Of a stretch of DNA of 64,000 nucleotides, positions 8,365 through 17,800 are shown in pieces. This stretch comes from Planctomycetota bacterium (GTDB lineage Bacteria > Planctomycetota > UBA1135 > UBA2386): the NCBI GenBank assembly GCA_035649575.1, contig DASRJH010000167.1:7185-71184 (forward strand), read 5' to 3'. The translations under genes were made by a program, and so were the position numbers. The number at the start of each line of letters is the position of its first letter. Within the stretch, counting starts at the first letter, position 1. Under the pieces are notes generated by a model. The model searched no databases. It had not been told where the DNA came from and saw only the letters and a program-made list of their open reading frames with translations.

Positions 8365-9774
8365 ATGAGCGAGGAGCGAGCCATACCGCCTGCAGAGCCG
8401 ACCCGAGCACCTGCGACGGGGGACCCGGCGCCGAGTCTCGGCGCGTTCGACGTCGGCTGCGTCGTCGTCGGCGGCATCATCGGCGTCGGCATCTTCTTCA
8501 CGCCGCAGAAGGTCGCCGCGCGTGTCGACAACGCGGATCTCGTGATCGCGGCCTGGGCCATCGGCGGCGTGCTCGCGGTGCTCGGAGCGCTCGTGTTCGC
8601 GGCCCTGAGCACGCTCGTGCCCGGGCACGGCGGCATCTTCCGCTACATCCACGCCGCGTTCGGTCGCTGGCCCGCGTTCCTCTATGGCTGGGCCAACTGG
8701 CTCGTCATCCAGTCGGGAGCGCTCGGTGTCGTTGCGCTGGTCCTGGTCCAGAATCTCGAAGTGCTGTGCTTCGACAAGCCAGGCCTCTCGCCCGACGCGC
8801 AGGTCGGCATCGCCGCCGCGGCCATTTTGCTGTTCACGGCCACCAACGTGGTCGGTCTGCAGGTCGGCAAGCGCGTGCAGAACCTGCTGACCGTGCTCAA
8901 GGTGCTGGCGCTGGTGTTCCTCGTCGCGCTGTCGTGGTGCACCGTCGCGCGGCCCGAAGAGGCGCCGCCGCCGCCCAGCGGCAAGAATGTGGTGGCACAG
9001 CTCAGCAGTGCGCTGCTGCCCGTGTTGTTCGCGATCGGCGGCTGGCAGCAGGGGTCGTTCCTCGCGGGCGCCGTGCGGCGGCCCCTGCGCAACCTGCCGC
9101 TCGGCATCCTCGGCGGGGTCGCCATCGTCATCGTGACATACATCACGGTGAACCTCGCCTACCTCGACCTGCTCGGGTTCGAGGCGGCGCGCGCGAGCAA
9201 GGCGATCGGGACCGAAGCCGCGCGCGCGGGGCTCGGCGAAGCCGGCGGCCGCGTGCTGGCACTGATGGTCGTGATCAGTGCTGCGGGCATCATGAACACG
9301 ATCTGCATGGCACCGCCCTACGTGCTGCTCGCGATGGCGCGCGAAGGCCTGTTTCCGGCGGCGTTCGGCCGCCTGCACGCGCGCTTCGGCACCCCGTTGC
9401 TCGGCGTGCTCGGACAAGGCCTGTGGGCCGTGGCACTGGTGTTCGGCGTGCACCTGTTCGCGCGCGCGGCCAACCAGACGACCGACACGCTGGACTTCGT
9501 CTGCGATGGCGTGGTGTTCGTGGACTGGCTGTTCTTCACGCTGTGTGGTGCCGCGCTGCTGCGGCTGCGGCGCAGGGCGGTTCACGGCGCATTCCGCCTG
9601 CCGGGCGGTGACCTCGTCGCCGCGCTGTTCGCTGCGGGTGCTTTGGGTGTGACTATCGGTGCGTTCGTGGCGCAACGCGAGGCGTCGTTGACCGGGGTGG
9701 CGATCGTTGCCGTCGGGCTCGCGATCTACGTGGCGTGCATGCGAGGTCGCCCGATGCCTGGCTCGCGGGGCTAG
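8365..9774 (+). CDS. APC-superfamily amino acid permease
   Basis: 469-aa ORF with about 12 hydrophobic segments and an N-terminal VVGGIIGVGIFFTPQ motif typical of APC transporters. Confidence 0.88.
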   Translation: MSEERAIPPAEPTRAPATGDPAPSLGAFDVGCVVVGGIIGVGIFFTPQKVAARVDNADLVIAAWAIGGVLAVLGALVFAALSTLVPGHGGIFRYIHAAFGRWPAFLYGWANWLVIQSGALGVVALVLVQNLEVLCFDKPGLSPDAQVGIAAAAILLFTATNVVGLQVGKRVQNLLTVLKVLALVFLVALSWCTVARPEEAPPPPSGKNVVAQLSSALLPVLFAIGGWQQGSFLAGAVRRPLRNLPLGILGGVAIVIVTYITVNLAYLDLLGFEAARASKAIGTEAARAGLGEAGGRVLALMVVISAAGIMNTICMAPPYVLLAMAREGLFPAAFGRLHARFGTPLLGVLGQGLWAVALVFGVHLFARAANQTTDTLDFVCDGVVFVDWLFFTLCGAALLRLRRRAVHGAFRLPGGDLVAALFAAGALGVTIGAFVAQREASLTGVAIVAVGLAIYVACMRGRPMPGSRG

Positions 9775-9821
9775 TAGCTCACCAGTCCAAGCCGAACGCA
9801 GCTGTCGGGAAGCGCCCCGCC

Positions 9822-10274
9822 TCACGCGACGTCGTTGAGCCGTCGGTCGAGGCCGAGCCGCAGGTTGATGCCATGCATCAGCCAGGCCTTCAGGCAGCAC
9901 AGGAAGTAGCTCCACCCTGCCGCCTGTCCGAGGGCGCGTTGCACGCCGTCAGCATCCATCGGCCATCCGGCCTCGTGGATCGCGACCGAGGTGGTGCCGG
10001 GCTCGTCCGCGGCCAGCGTGATCGTGACACGCGTCCGCGTGCCACAGCCCGCCGACTCGTAGACGACCTTGCGGGCCGGTTCGACCTCGATCACGTCCAC
10101 CGCGATCCTGGCCCCGACGTCCGCGAACTCCCATTCGACCGTGGTCCCGGCGACCATCGGCCCGCTGCCGCCGGTGATGAAGTACTGCGACATCCGGGCC
10201 GGGTCGACGATCGCGGCGAACACCTCGTCGGCGGGCCGCAGGATGCGTTCTCGCACGTTCACTTGCACGTCCAT
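9822..10274 (-). CDS. SRPBCC/AHSA1-domain protein
   Basis: C-terminal 150 codons of ORF 9822..10502, from MDVQVNVRERILRPADEVFAAIVDPARMSQYF... The upstream part of the ORF is Ser/Arg-rich junk that overlaps the arsR gene. Confidence 0.8.
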   Translation of the reverse strand: MDVQVNVRERILRPADEVFAAIVDPARMSQYFITGGSGPMVAGTTVEWEFADVGARIAVDVIEVEPARKVVYESAGCGTRTRVTITLAADEPGTTSVAIHEAGWPMDADGVQRALGQAAGWSYFLCCLKAWLMHGINLRLGLDRRLNDVA

Positions 10275-10293
10275 GGTTTTCTCCTGTTCCTGT

Positions 10294-10644
10294 CTACTTC
10301 GCCTCGCCGTCGAGGAAGGTCTTGAGCCGGTCGAGGGCGATGTCCCACTGCCGAGAGATCTGGTCGAGGTACTCACTGGCCTCGGAGAGTCGTCTCGGCT
10401 CGAGCTGCCAGATCCGTTCGCGCCCGCGTCGGCGCGCGCGTGCGAGGCCGGCCCGCGCGAGCACCGTGAGGTGCTTGCTGATCGCCTGCCGCGTGATCGC
10501 ATGGGTCGCGCAGAGCGCGGTGATCGACTCCGGCCCGTTCGCGGCGAGCCTTGCTACGAGCCGGAGCCGGACCTCGTCGCCGAGCGCGGCGAACAAGGGA
10601 GCCGCACCGCGCGCCGGCGCCACGGCTGTGCTAGACCTCGACAT
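10294..10644 (-). CDS. ArsR/SmtB-family winged-helix transcriptional regulator
   Basis: ORF 10294..10680. FAALGDEVRLRLVARL...ITRQAISKHLTVLARAGL is the ArsR HTH pattern. The start is taken at the internal Met (MSRSST), which overlaps the upstream gene's end by 14 nt. Confidence 0.85.
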   Translation of the reverse strand: MSRSSTAVAPARGAAPLFAALGDEVRLRLVARLAANGPESITALCATHAITRQAISKHLTVLARAGLARARRRGRERIWQLEPRRLSEASEYLDQISRQWDIALDRLKTFLDGEAK

Positions 10645-11095
10645 GGCGGCGCAGGCTCTCCGCCTGGGCGTCCCATCCACCGCTGTTCATCCGGAACGCC
10701 AGGGCGCGCCGCTCGGCGGGGATGCGGTCGAACCCCGACTCGACGACCGTCAGCAGCGTGCCGCCGTCCTGCTCGGCGAGGCGGAACTCGACGAGCGTGG
10801 TCGGCTCCTTACCGTAGTCGACCTTCGGATCGATCGCGTACGGGTGCCAGCGGAACGAGAACAGCCGCTCCTTGTCCATGCGTTCGACCGTCGCCTCGAA
10901 CGTCACGTGCTCGTAGCCCGGGTGCGTGATCCTGCCGGTCGTGCGCCGGCCGACGGCGAAGCCCGTGTCGAGCTTCACCTGGAACCAGCGGCCGAACTCG
11001 GCGGCGTCGGTGAGCGCCGTCCAGACGCGGGCCGTGGACGCGCGCAGGTGGATCGTCTTCTCGATGCGGTCGGTGTGCTTCATATGCAACCTCAT
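10631..11095 (-). CDS. SRPBCC/AHSA1-domain protein
   Basis: 154-aa ORF: IEKTIHLRASTARVWTALTDAAEFGRWF... The second ATG (11083, MKHTD) is an equally plausible start. Confidence 0.83.
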   Translation of the reverse strand: MRLHMKHTDRIEKTIHLRASTARVWTALTDAAEFGRWFQVKLDTGFAVGRRTTGRITHPGYEHVTFEATVERMDKERLFSFRWHPYAIDPKVDYGKEPTTLVEFRLAEQDGGTLLTVVESGFDRIPAERRALAFRMNSGGWDAQAESLRRHVEV

Positions 11096-11142
11096 GGTTG
11101 CATTTCTAGCCGGGCTGCCAGGAAAGGCAACCAGAAAGTTGC
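11084..11142. promoter_or_regulatory. Candidate ArsR-type operator: two inverted repeats sharing a GCAACC half-site
   Basis: ATGCAACC-TCAT-GGTTGCAT is a perfect 8-4-8 palindrome at 11084-11103. GCAAC-CAGAAA-GTTGC lies at 11127-11142. Both sit immediately upstream of, or overlap, the start of the SRPBCC-ArsR-SRPBCC operon. Confidence 0.4.
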
Positions 11143-11206
11143 TCTTGTTCGGGCGCCGGGGCAGGTGGGCCGTCGGCGGGCGGCAGACCGCGTGTACTGC
11201 CGCCGC

Positions 11207-14200
11207 TCAGCGCCGCGCGAGCTCGATGCTGGACTGGTCGGCGCGGTCCGCGTTCGCGAGAGCGCGCATCCAGCCGGCGAACTTCGCGGCCGGCAGCGTG
11301 CCCGCCTGCAGGCGCACGCTGCGCGAGAGACGCAGATGGTCGCCGTGACGCGTGCAGGTGAGCTCGTAGGCCAGCATCGCCTGCTGGATCGAGACCGGCT
11401 CCGGGACGGCGACGAAATGCAGCTCGGAGCCCGGCGCGAAGTCGATCTGCCAGTCGGTGATCATGTCGGCGGGCAGGTGGTAGGGCAGCGTGCGTTCGGT
11501 GCGATCGCCGTAGTCCGCGACGTAGCGACCCGGTGGCATCGGCAGCGGCACGACGAACTGCTCGCCGCGAGCCTGCACGCCCGTGCGCGTGAGCTTCGCC
11601 TCGAGGCGGAACGGCCCCGTCGTAGATACGATCTGAGCGCTCTCGACGCGCCAGTCCGGGAACAGCTGCTGCGCGATCTGGCGCGCCGCGAGCTTCTGCA
11701 CGTTCTCCTTGAGCTCGCGTGTCCGGTCCGCGAGGTCGAAGCCCTGCACGTCGCCGACTTCGGCCGTCGCATGCAGCTGCACGTCGTTGCCGGCGACCGT
11801 GGCCTCGCCGCGCACGTGCAGCGTCTGCACCGCGTCGGGATTGCCCGGCAGCGTCACGGCCTCGATGTCGTCGCCGCGCAGCACGTAGGCGCGGCTTCCG
11901 GCGCGGCCCGCCGGTACGGCACCGAGCGGCCAGTGGCGCGGTGTGTCGACGAACAGGAACACGCGTTCGCCGTTCCCGAGCGTGACGAGCGCGCCGGGGA
12001 TGTTGATGTGCTCGGTGTTGGCAAACAGCGACTCGGCGCCCGGGCCGAGCTCGGGCCGGACTTCGGCGCACGCCATCGGCACGACGTCGATCTGTGCTTC
12101 GCGCAGCAGGGCCACGGTCAGCAGGAAGCGGCTGCCCTTCTTGCGCAGCAGGACGTCCAACGCGGTGTCGGCGGGCCCCTTTTCGATCGTGCGCTGGCAG
12201 AAGTCCCACGCCGCGGCGAGGCGTGCGCGATCGTCCGTGAGGCCGGCGAAGATCTGCGCGGCGGCGGCGGTGATGGGTGCCAGCGGCTGCGTGCGCACGC
12301 CGAATTGCGTGCAATGCTCGCGCAGCGTCGCGAACGGCGGCGTGTCCTCGCCGAACTCGGCGAACGGCAGCAGTTCGGGTGGCGGCGGCAGGTGCTGCTC
12401 CTGCGGCAGTGCTTTGATGTCGGTGCGCGTGAACACGAGCGCCTTGCGACCATCGGGCAGCTCGTGGCTCGCCGTGGGGGTGTCGAAGTCGTGCGTGCGC
12501 AGCTCGCCGCGGGTGCGCAGTTCGCCCGGACCGCTCTTGGGGAGGATCAGCACGAGCTCGCTGCGCTGGCACGGCTCGTCGGTCGAACCGAAGTAGAATG
12601 GCGCCGTCGACAGAGGAGCCGCGTCGGGGGCGCCGCCGCGCTCGCGGTAGCGCCACTCGATGAAGGCTCCGGGTTCGAGACGCTGCATCGCATACTCGCC
12701 TTCGACGCGATGCGGCACGTAGGAGCGGCCGTCGACGCCGATCGTGCGCACGAGCAGCACTTCGGAAGCACCCGCGAGTGGAGGCGCGGTGCGCCAGGCC
12801 TCGACACCTGCCAGATCGTTGATGCGACGCAGCTCGTGCGACTCCGCGAGCCAGCCGCCATCGGGTCGGAAGGCGACGATGCGCTGGTCGTACAGCACGG
12901 TCGTCGACGCACCGCGTTCGCGCTCGCCCGCCCGGAAGGCGGCGCGCACGGCGTCGACATCGACGCGGAAGCGCGCGAACTCGGTGTCCTCGGGTTGGGT
13001 CTCGCCGAGCTGCGCGAGCCAGGTGCGCACGTGGGGCTGGTCGGAGTCGAGCTCCAGCGAGCGGCGCAGACAGGCCACGGTCTGCGCGGGGGCGCCGTTC
13101 TTCGCCCAGAGCGAGGCCAGGTGGAGCAGCGTGTCGGGATCGACGTCGGGGTGGGCTGCGATCGTGTGCATCAGGTCGGGCACGGTCGGAAGGCCCCTCT
13201 GCTGCGCAAGCTCGAGCTCGGCACGCAGGTGTGCCACGGTCGGAGCGGTTCCGAAGGAAGGCGCGATCGCGGGCAGCAGCTCGGCGGCGAGATCGTGTTC
13301 GCCGACGTCGAGAGCCGTGCGGAAGACCTGCTGCGGCAGGCCCGGCTGATCGGGTCGCAAGGCAAACGCCTGTCGTTGCCAGCCGAGCACCTGACGAGCG
13401 TCGCGCGCCGAGCCGCCTTCGTTGGCCAGCGCCAGCAACGGGCGGGGGTCGCGCGGGCACGCAGCAGCCCAGGCCTGCAGCAGCGGCACGACCTCGGCGT
13501 CGAAGCGCAGCTTGCGCACGAGCGCGAGTCGCCTCGAGTACGTCTCGGGGCCGGCGAGTCGAGACTCGGCGAGCAACCGCAGCGCTTGCTCACGCTGGTC
13601 CTGTTCGTCGAGCAGGCTCGCCTTGGCGACACGGGCTGCGTGGTGTTCTGCGGGCAGCGAGGCAATGGCGCGCTCCTCGAGGGCTCGCGCTTCGGCCTTG
13701 CGCAACTCGTCGGGCAGACGCACGGAGCGCAACAGCCGCGCGAACGCGAGCGCCTCCTGAGGATCGCGCGGCGGATCCCTGCGCAGCAGCTCGGCGAGGT
13801 CGACCGCGAGATCCTGGTCCCCGTCGCGTTGGGCGCGGTGCAGCGCTGCGATGCGCACGGCGGCCGGCGCGGCCTCGGCGCGCGCGGCGCGTCCGAAGAC
13901 CTCGCGCGGGCTCAGGAGGGTCTGTTGGTTCGGCGTCGCCGGCTTCGTCACCGCGGCCAACGGCTCGGTCGCCGCGACTTCGCGCAGACCCGCCGGCGAG
14001 TTGCCCTCGGCGTCGAGCCAGCGCAGCGACAGCTGGTCGTTGTTGGTCGAGCACGTCTTGACCAGCACGTGGTGTTCACCGGCCGGAAGGTGCATGCCGA
14101 GGCAGTGGTATTGCGGCTCGGTGCCGAGCTGCTGTTCCACGCGCAGCACTTCGGCCCCGTCGACGAAGACCTGGTGATCACCCTCGTGCACGACGACGAG

Positions 14201-14839
14201 GAACGCGTCGTTGTCGGCCGCGGCCACGACCCGGTGCAGGGCGTACCAGCAGCCGGGCCGCGGTCGGCCGACGGGACCGAGGCGGAACTGGCGCGACTCG
14301 CGTTGGCGTTCGACGACGCGCACACGCGCGACCGTGCTGCGGCCCGGCAGTTCGGCGCCGAGCGCCGGGAAACGCAGTTCGGGCGCGAACGGGACTCCGA
14401 CGTAGTGATCGCCCGAGTCACCGAACGGACCGACGACGAGCAGTGAGGTCGCGTGGTTGGTGGGCGGCGGCGGCCCGGCGCGATGAATGCCCAGGATCGC
14501 GCGGTCGAGCGTCCAGCGAAGGTCCGCGAGATTGTGGGCCAGCAGTCCGTGCTGGCGTCCGGCGCCGTCGGCTTCGAGCAGTTCGCGCAGGCTCTTCGGA
14601 TCCTGGAGCCAGCGCACCAGGTAGCCGGCTTCCTCGATCAGGAAGCTCGAGCCCGGCGAGCGCGGGTGCGCGAGTGCCTGCGTCACGAGGTCGCGGGCCG
14701 TCGCGTCGGGGTCGTCCGCACTCGGAGCCAGGGCCCTCGTTACGGCGGCCGCGAGCGTCTGGGTCTCGTCCTGCGCGCGAACCGGACCGGCGAGCGCGAG
14801 CGCGAAGCACCAGATGACTCTGCTCGAGGCAAGATTCAT
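11207..14839 (-). CDS. Large secreted TPR / transglutaminase-like protein, with the catalytic Cys apparently lost (pseudoenzyme paralog)
   Basis: 1210-aa ORF. Signal peptide VIWCFALALAGPVRAQ. It has the same overall layout as the gene at 14836..18600. The equivalent of the GDCKDKA motif reads KKGSRFLL. ATGA overlap with the upstream gene. Confidence 0.72.
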   Translation of the reverse strand: MNLASSRVIWCFALALAGPVRAQDETQTLAAAVTRALAPSADDPDATARDLVTQALAHPRSPGSSFLIEEAGYLVRWLQDPKSLRELLEADGAGRQHGLLAHNLADLRWTLDRAILGIHRAGPPPPTNHATSLLVVGPFGDSGDHYVGVPFAPELRFPALGAELPGRSTVARVRVVERQRESRQFRLGPVGRPRPGCWYALHRVVAAADNDAFLVVVHEGDHQVFVDGAEVLRVEQQLGTEPQYHCLGMHLPAGEHHVLVKTCSTNNDQLSLRWLDAEGNSPAGLREVAATEPLAAVTKPATPNQQTLLSPREVFGRAARAEAAPAAVRIAALHRAQRDGDQDLAVDLAELLRRDPPRDPQEALAFARLLRSVRLPDELRKAEARALEERAIASLPAEHHAARVAKASLLDEQDQREQALRLLAESRLAGPETYSRRLALVRKLRFDAEVVPLLQAWAAACPRDPRPLLALANEGGSARDARQVLGWQRQAFALRPDQPGLPQQVFRTALDVGEHDLAAELLPAIAPSFGTAPTVAHLRAELELAQQRGLPTVPDLMHTIAAHPDVDPDTLLHLASLWAKNGAPAQTVACLRRSLELDSDQPHVRTWLAQLGETQPEDTEFARFRVDVDAVRAAFRAGERERGASTTVLYDQRIVAFRPDGGWLAESHELRRINDLAGVEAWRTAPPLAGASEVLLVRTIGVDGRSYVPHRVEGEYAMQRLEPGAFIEWRYRERGGAPDAAPLSTAPFYFGSTDEPCQRSELVLILPKSGPGELRTRGELRTHDFDTPTASHELPDGRKALVFTRTDIKALPQEQHLPPPPELLPFAEFGEDTPPFATLREHCTQFGVRTQPLAPITAAAAQIFAGLTDDRARLAAAWDFCQRTIEKGPADTALDVLLRKKGSRFLLTVALLREAQIDVVPMACAEVRPELGPGAESLFANTEHINIPGALVTLGNGERVFLFVDTPRHWPLGAVPAGRAGSRAYVLRGDDIEAVTLPGNPDAVQTLHVRGEATVAGNDVQLHATAEVGDVQGFDLADRTRELKENVQKLAARQIAQQLFPDWRVESAQIVSTTGPFRLEAKLTRTGVQARGEQFVVPLPMPPGRYVADYGDRTERTLPYHLPADMITDWQIDFAPGSELHFVAVPEPVSIQQAMLAYELTCTRHGDHLRLSRSVRLQAGTLPAAKFAGWMRALANADRADQSSIELARR

Positions 14840-17800
14840 CGGTGGCTGTCCTTCGAGAGCAGCACGAGCTGCGTGTCGGCCGCGTGAACCGCGGCCGCGA
14901 AGTCGCGGAACGCCGCGTAGTCGCGCGTCGTGATGCGAGAGGCCGTGAACGCGAGGTGACGCTCGATCACGACCTGATCACCTTCGGTGCGCCACTGCAT
15001 GTGGAAGCTGCCGAACGGCGCCTGCCGCTGCACGGCGGGCGGCAGATCGGCGGCATGCAGGCCGGGCGGCAGCACATAGCGCACAGTGCGCACTGCTCCG
15101 CGCGGCACGCCGAGCAGGAGCGGCGTGCGCCGTTCGGGTTCGCCGGCCAGATCCTGCAGGTCTTCTTCACCCCAGGTGCTCGGCAATTGCCAGCCCTGGG
15201 CCGTCCTGTTGCCTAGCTCGGGCAGCGAGGCCACGGCGACGAGCTGCACGGGTGCTTGCAGGTCCAGCACCGGACTGCAGTCCAGCGACTCCAGCGAGAG
15301 CTTGCCGAACGTGTGCACGAGCTGCCGTTCGACGACTTCGTTCCTCCGCGCCGGCTCGGTCGCGAGCCTCGCACGCAGATCGACCGCGAGGTTGCCGATG
15401 GGCCGATACTCGACGCGCAGCTGCGCGGGCCCCGCAGGCTGCAGCGTGATCTGGAACTCCTCGCGCTCCGCGTTCCGTTCGGGCGTCGTCTCGGGCACCG
15501 TGCGCATGACGGCGCGCCCGTTGTCGACGATCAGCACCTTCGCCCCCTGGTCCATCTCGGGCAGCGTGTCGGTCGGGTGCCAGGTCGCAGTGCCGTCGAG
15601 GAACTGCTCGGGCCGGTCGCCCGCGGCCGGCAACCACGCGATGCAGTGGTTGAACTGCTCGACCATCGCGAGCTCGAGGTCGTCGAGGCTGCGCCGATCG
15701 TCGGCGAAGATCAACACAGGGTGAGACTCGACGCCGATCTCGCCGAGCAGCGCGCAAAGCAGCAGCGCCTTGTCCTTGCAGTCGCCGTGGCGGCGTTCGT
15801 AGATGACGGGCGTGCTGTAGGGTTTGTAGCCGTGCACGCCGAACTCCCAGGCTTCGTAGCGCACGTCGGTCGTCACGAAGCGGTAGATCGCGGCGATCTT
15901 CGCGCCGGTGGTCGTGCAACCTTCGCAGAGCTGTGCTGTCTTCTCGCGCATCGCCGGCGTGACCTCGAGCTGGTTCTTGATCAGGTTCCACCACCACGAG
16001 GCGAAGTGATCCCAGTCGCGGTAGGTCGTGATGCGAACGATCGGATCGAATTCGCGTCGCGAGGGGCGGCGGATCTCGGGCACGTCGCGCGGCAGATCCT
16101 GCATGTGCCAGCGGAACATCAACGTGCCGTCCTCGAGCTTCGTCTTCGTCGGCTCCGGCGCGCCGTTGCTCTGCTGGGTGCGGTAGTTGCGGCCCGGATC
16201 GGCGAGCACGACGAGCTCGTTCGATCGCACGGGCGAACCGTCCGCTGGCTCGAACTCGTGCACGTAGCCGAAGTAGTCGCCGAAGAACGACGGACCCGTG
16301 TCGTCGATGCGGCCCTCGACCGCGACGATGTCGCCGGGCCGCAGCTCCGGCATCGCGACGCTCGCGCCCTGCAGTGCCGGCCGCTGCACGGTGCCGTCCT
16401 TGCGATAGACGGCGCAGGCCAGCAGCCGCGCGCGTTGTTCACCCTGCCACCAGGGCAGCCGGTAGCGAGCGAGCTGGCGCGCGCCCTGTTCGGTCAGCAC
16501 GCGCACGATCTCGTGCTGATAGGTGTTCGTCGTGCCGTTGCCGTTGGCCCGCACGACGCGCTGGCGCAGGATCCAATGCAGCGGGTCCTTGGCCGCAGCG
16601 GCGTCGGCCGGGGGGCCCGCGTCGGCCGCGATCAGCGCAGCGGCGTCGTGCCGATACGGCGTGTAGAACGCCGTAATGACGGATTGGGGATCGCCGTGTT
16701 CGGCAGCGACCAGATACTCGAGGTAGCGCTCGTCGTCGCGGCGGTTCGGCTCGACGGACAGAGCCTGCCGCAGGAGCTCCTGCTGGCGGCTGCCGGCATC
16801 GGCGCTGCGTTCGCCGAGCAGCCGGCAGCAGCGGCTCGCGGTCACCATGACCGCGCTGTCGTCCGGTGCGATCTCCAACCACGTCTCGCAGACGGCGAGA
16901 GCCTGTGGATACTCGGCGCGCGCCAGGTGCATCGCGGCGAGTTGCTCGGAGACCTTTGCCGCGAATGGGTCGCCCTTCAGCGTCTTGGCGAGCAGATCGA
17001 TCGCCGCGTCGGCTTTGCCGGTGCGCGCGAGCAGTCCCGCGGCGGCCACGACGTCGTTCTCGGTCGCGCTGACGGCAGGCACCCTCGCGCGCAGCTCGAG
17101 CGCGCGGGTCGGCTCTCGATCGTCCACGATGTCGGCAGCCGTGCGCAGCAGCTCGGGGGATGCTTCGGGCAGCGCTGCCGCGGCGAGCACTTCGACCTCG
17201 GCGAGCGCGGACACTCCCTCGTCGTGCCACGTGGCGGCTCGCAGCATCACGGCGGCTGCGTGGCCCGGTCGGACCCGCAGCGCGTGATCGACCAGTTCGC
17301 GCGCCTGCCGGAACAGGCCACTGCCCGAACGCAGCAGCTTCGCGAGGCGCAACAACGCCTCGACGTGGTCGGGGCAGAGCGACAGCGCTTGCTCGAGCGA
17401 TCGCCGCGCGTCGTTGTCGTCGCGGTCGGCAGCGCTTCGCACCTGGCTCTCGCGCGAGATCGCCATCAGCACGTGGGTTTCGGGGAGCGTTGGCAGTTCG
17501 GTCGTGGCGCAGAGAGCGGCGGCCTGGTCGCGGCGGTTCAGGTCGCCATCCGCGGCGCGAGCCCGCCAGAGCCAGGCGAGGCGCAGCGCATCGGCTCCCT
17601 TCTGCTTGCCGATCTGCCAGTGCGTGCGGGCACCGAGACTCGGCAGTGGCAGCGCCTCCGCGACGACCGGCGCCGTCTTCGCGGCTGCCTGCAGGTCGTC
17701 GACGTCGGTCGAAACACGCACGCCGCCGAGCGGACTGCCGTCGAGCGCGCGCAGGCGAGCCGCGGCCTGCCACTCGACGCCCTCCTGGTGGCAGAGCTTC

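Noticed and set aside
7507-9915. 802-aa minus-strand ORF
   Set aside because: It is antisense to the APC permease and out of frame over the small secreted-protein gene. It is an Arg/His/Asp-rich shadow ORF.
10322-14446. 1374-aa plus-strand ORF, one of the longest in the track
   Set aside because: It is antisense to the 11207-14839 gene and the arsR region. Its composition is dominated by Arg/Ala/Gly/Glu/Val runs with no motif. This is the typical stop-free shadow frame of high-GC coding DNA, while the opposite strand carries a signal peptide and recognisable domains.
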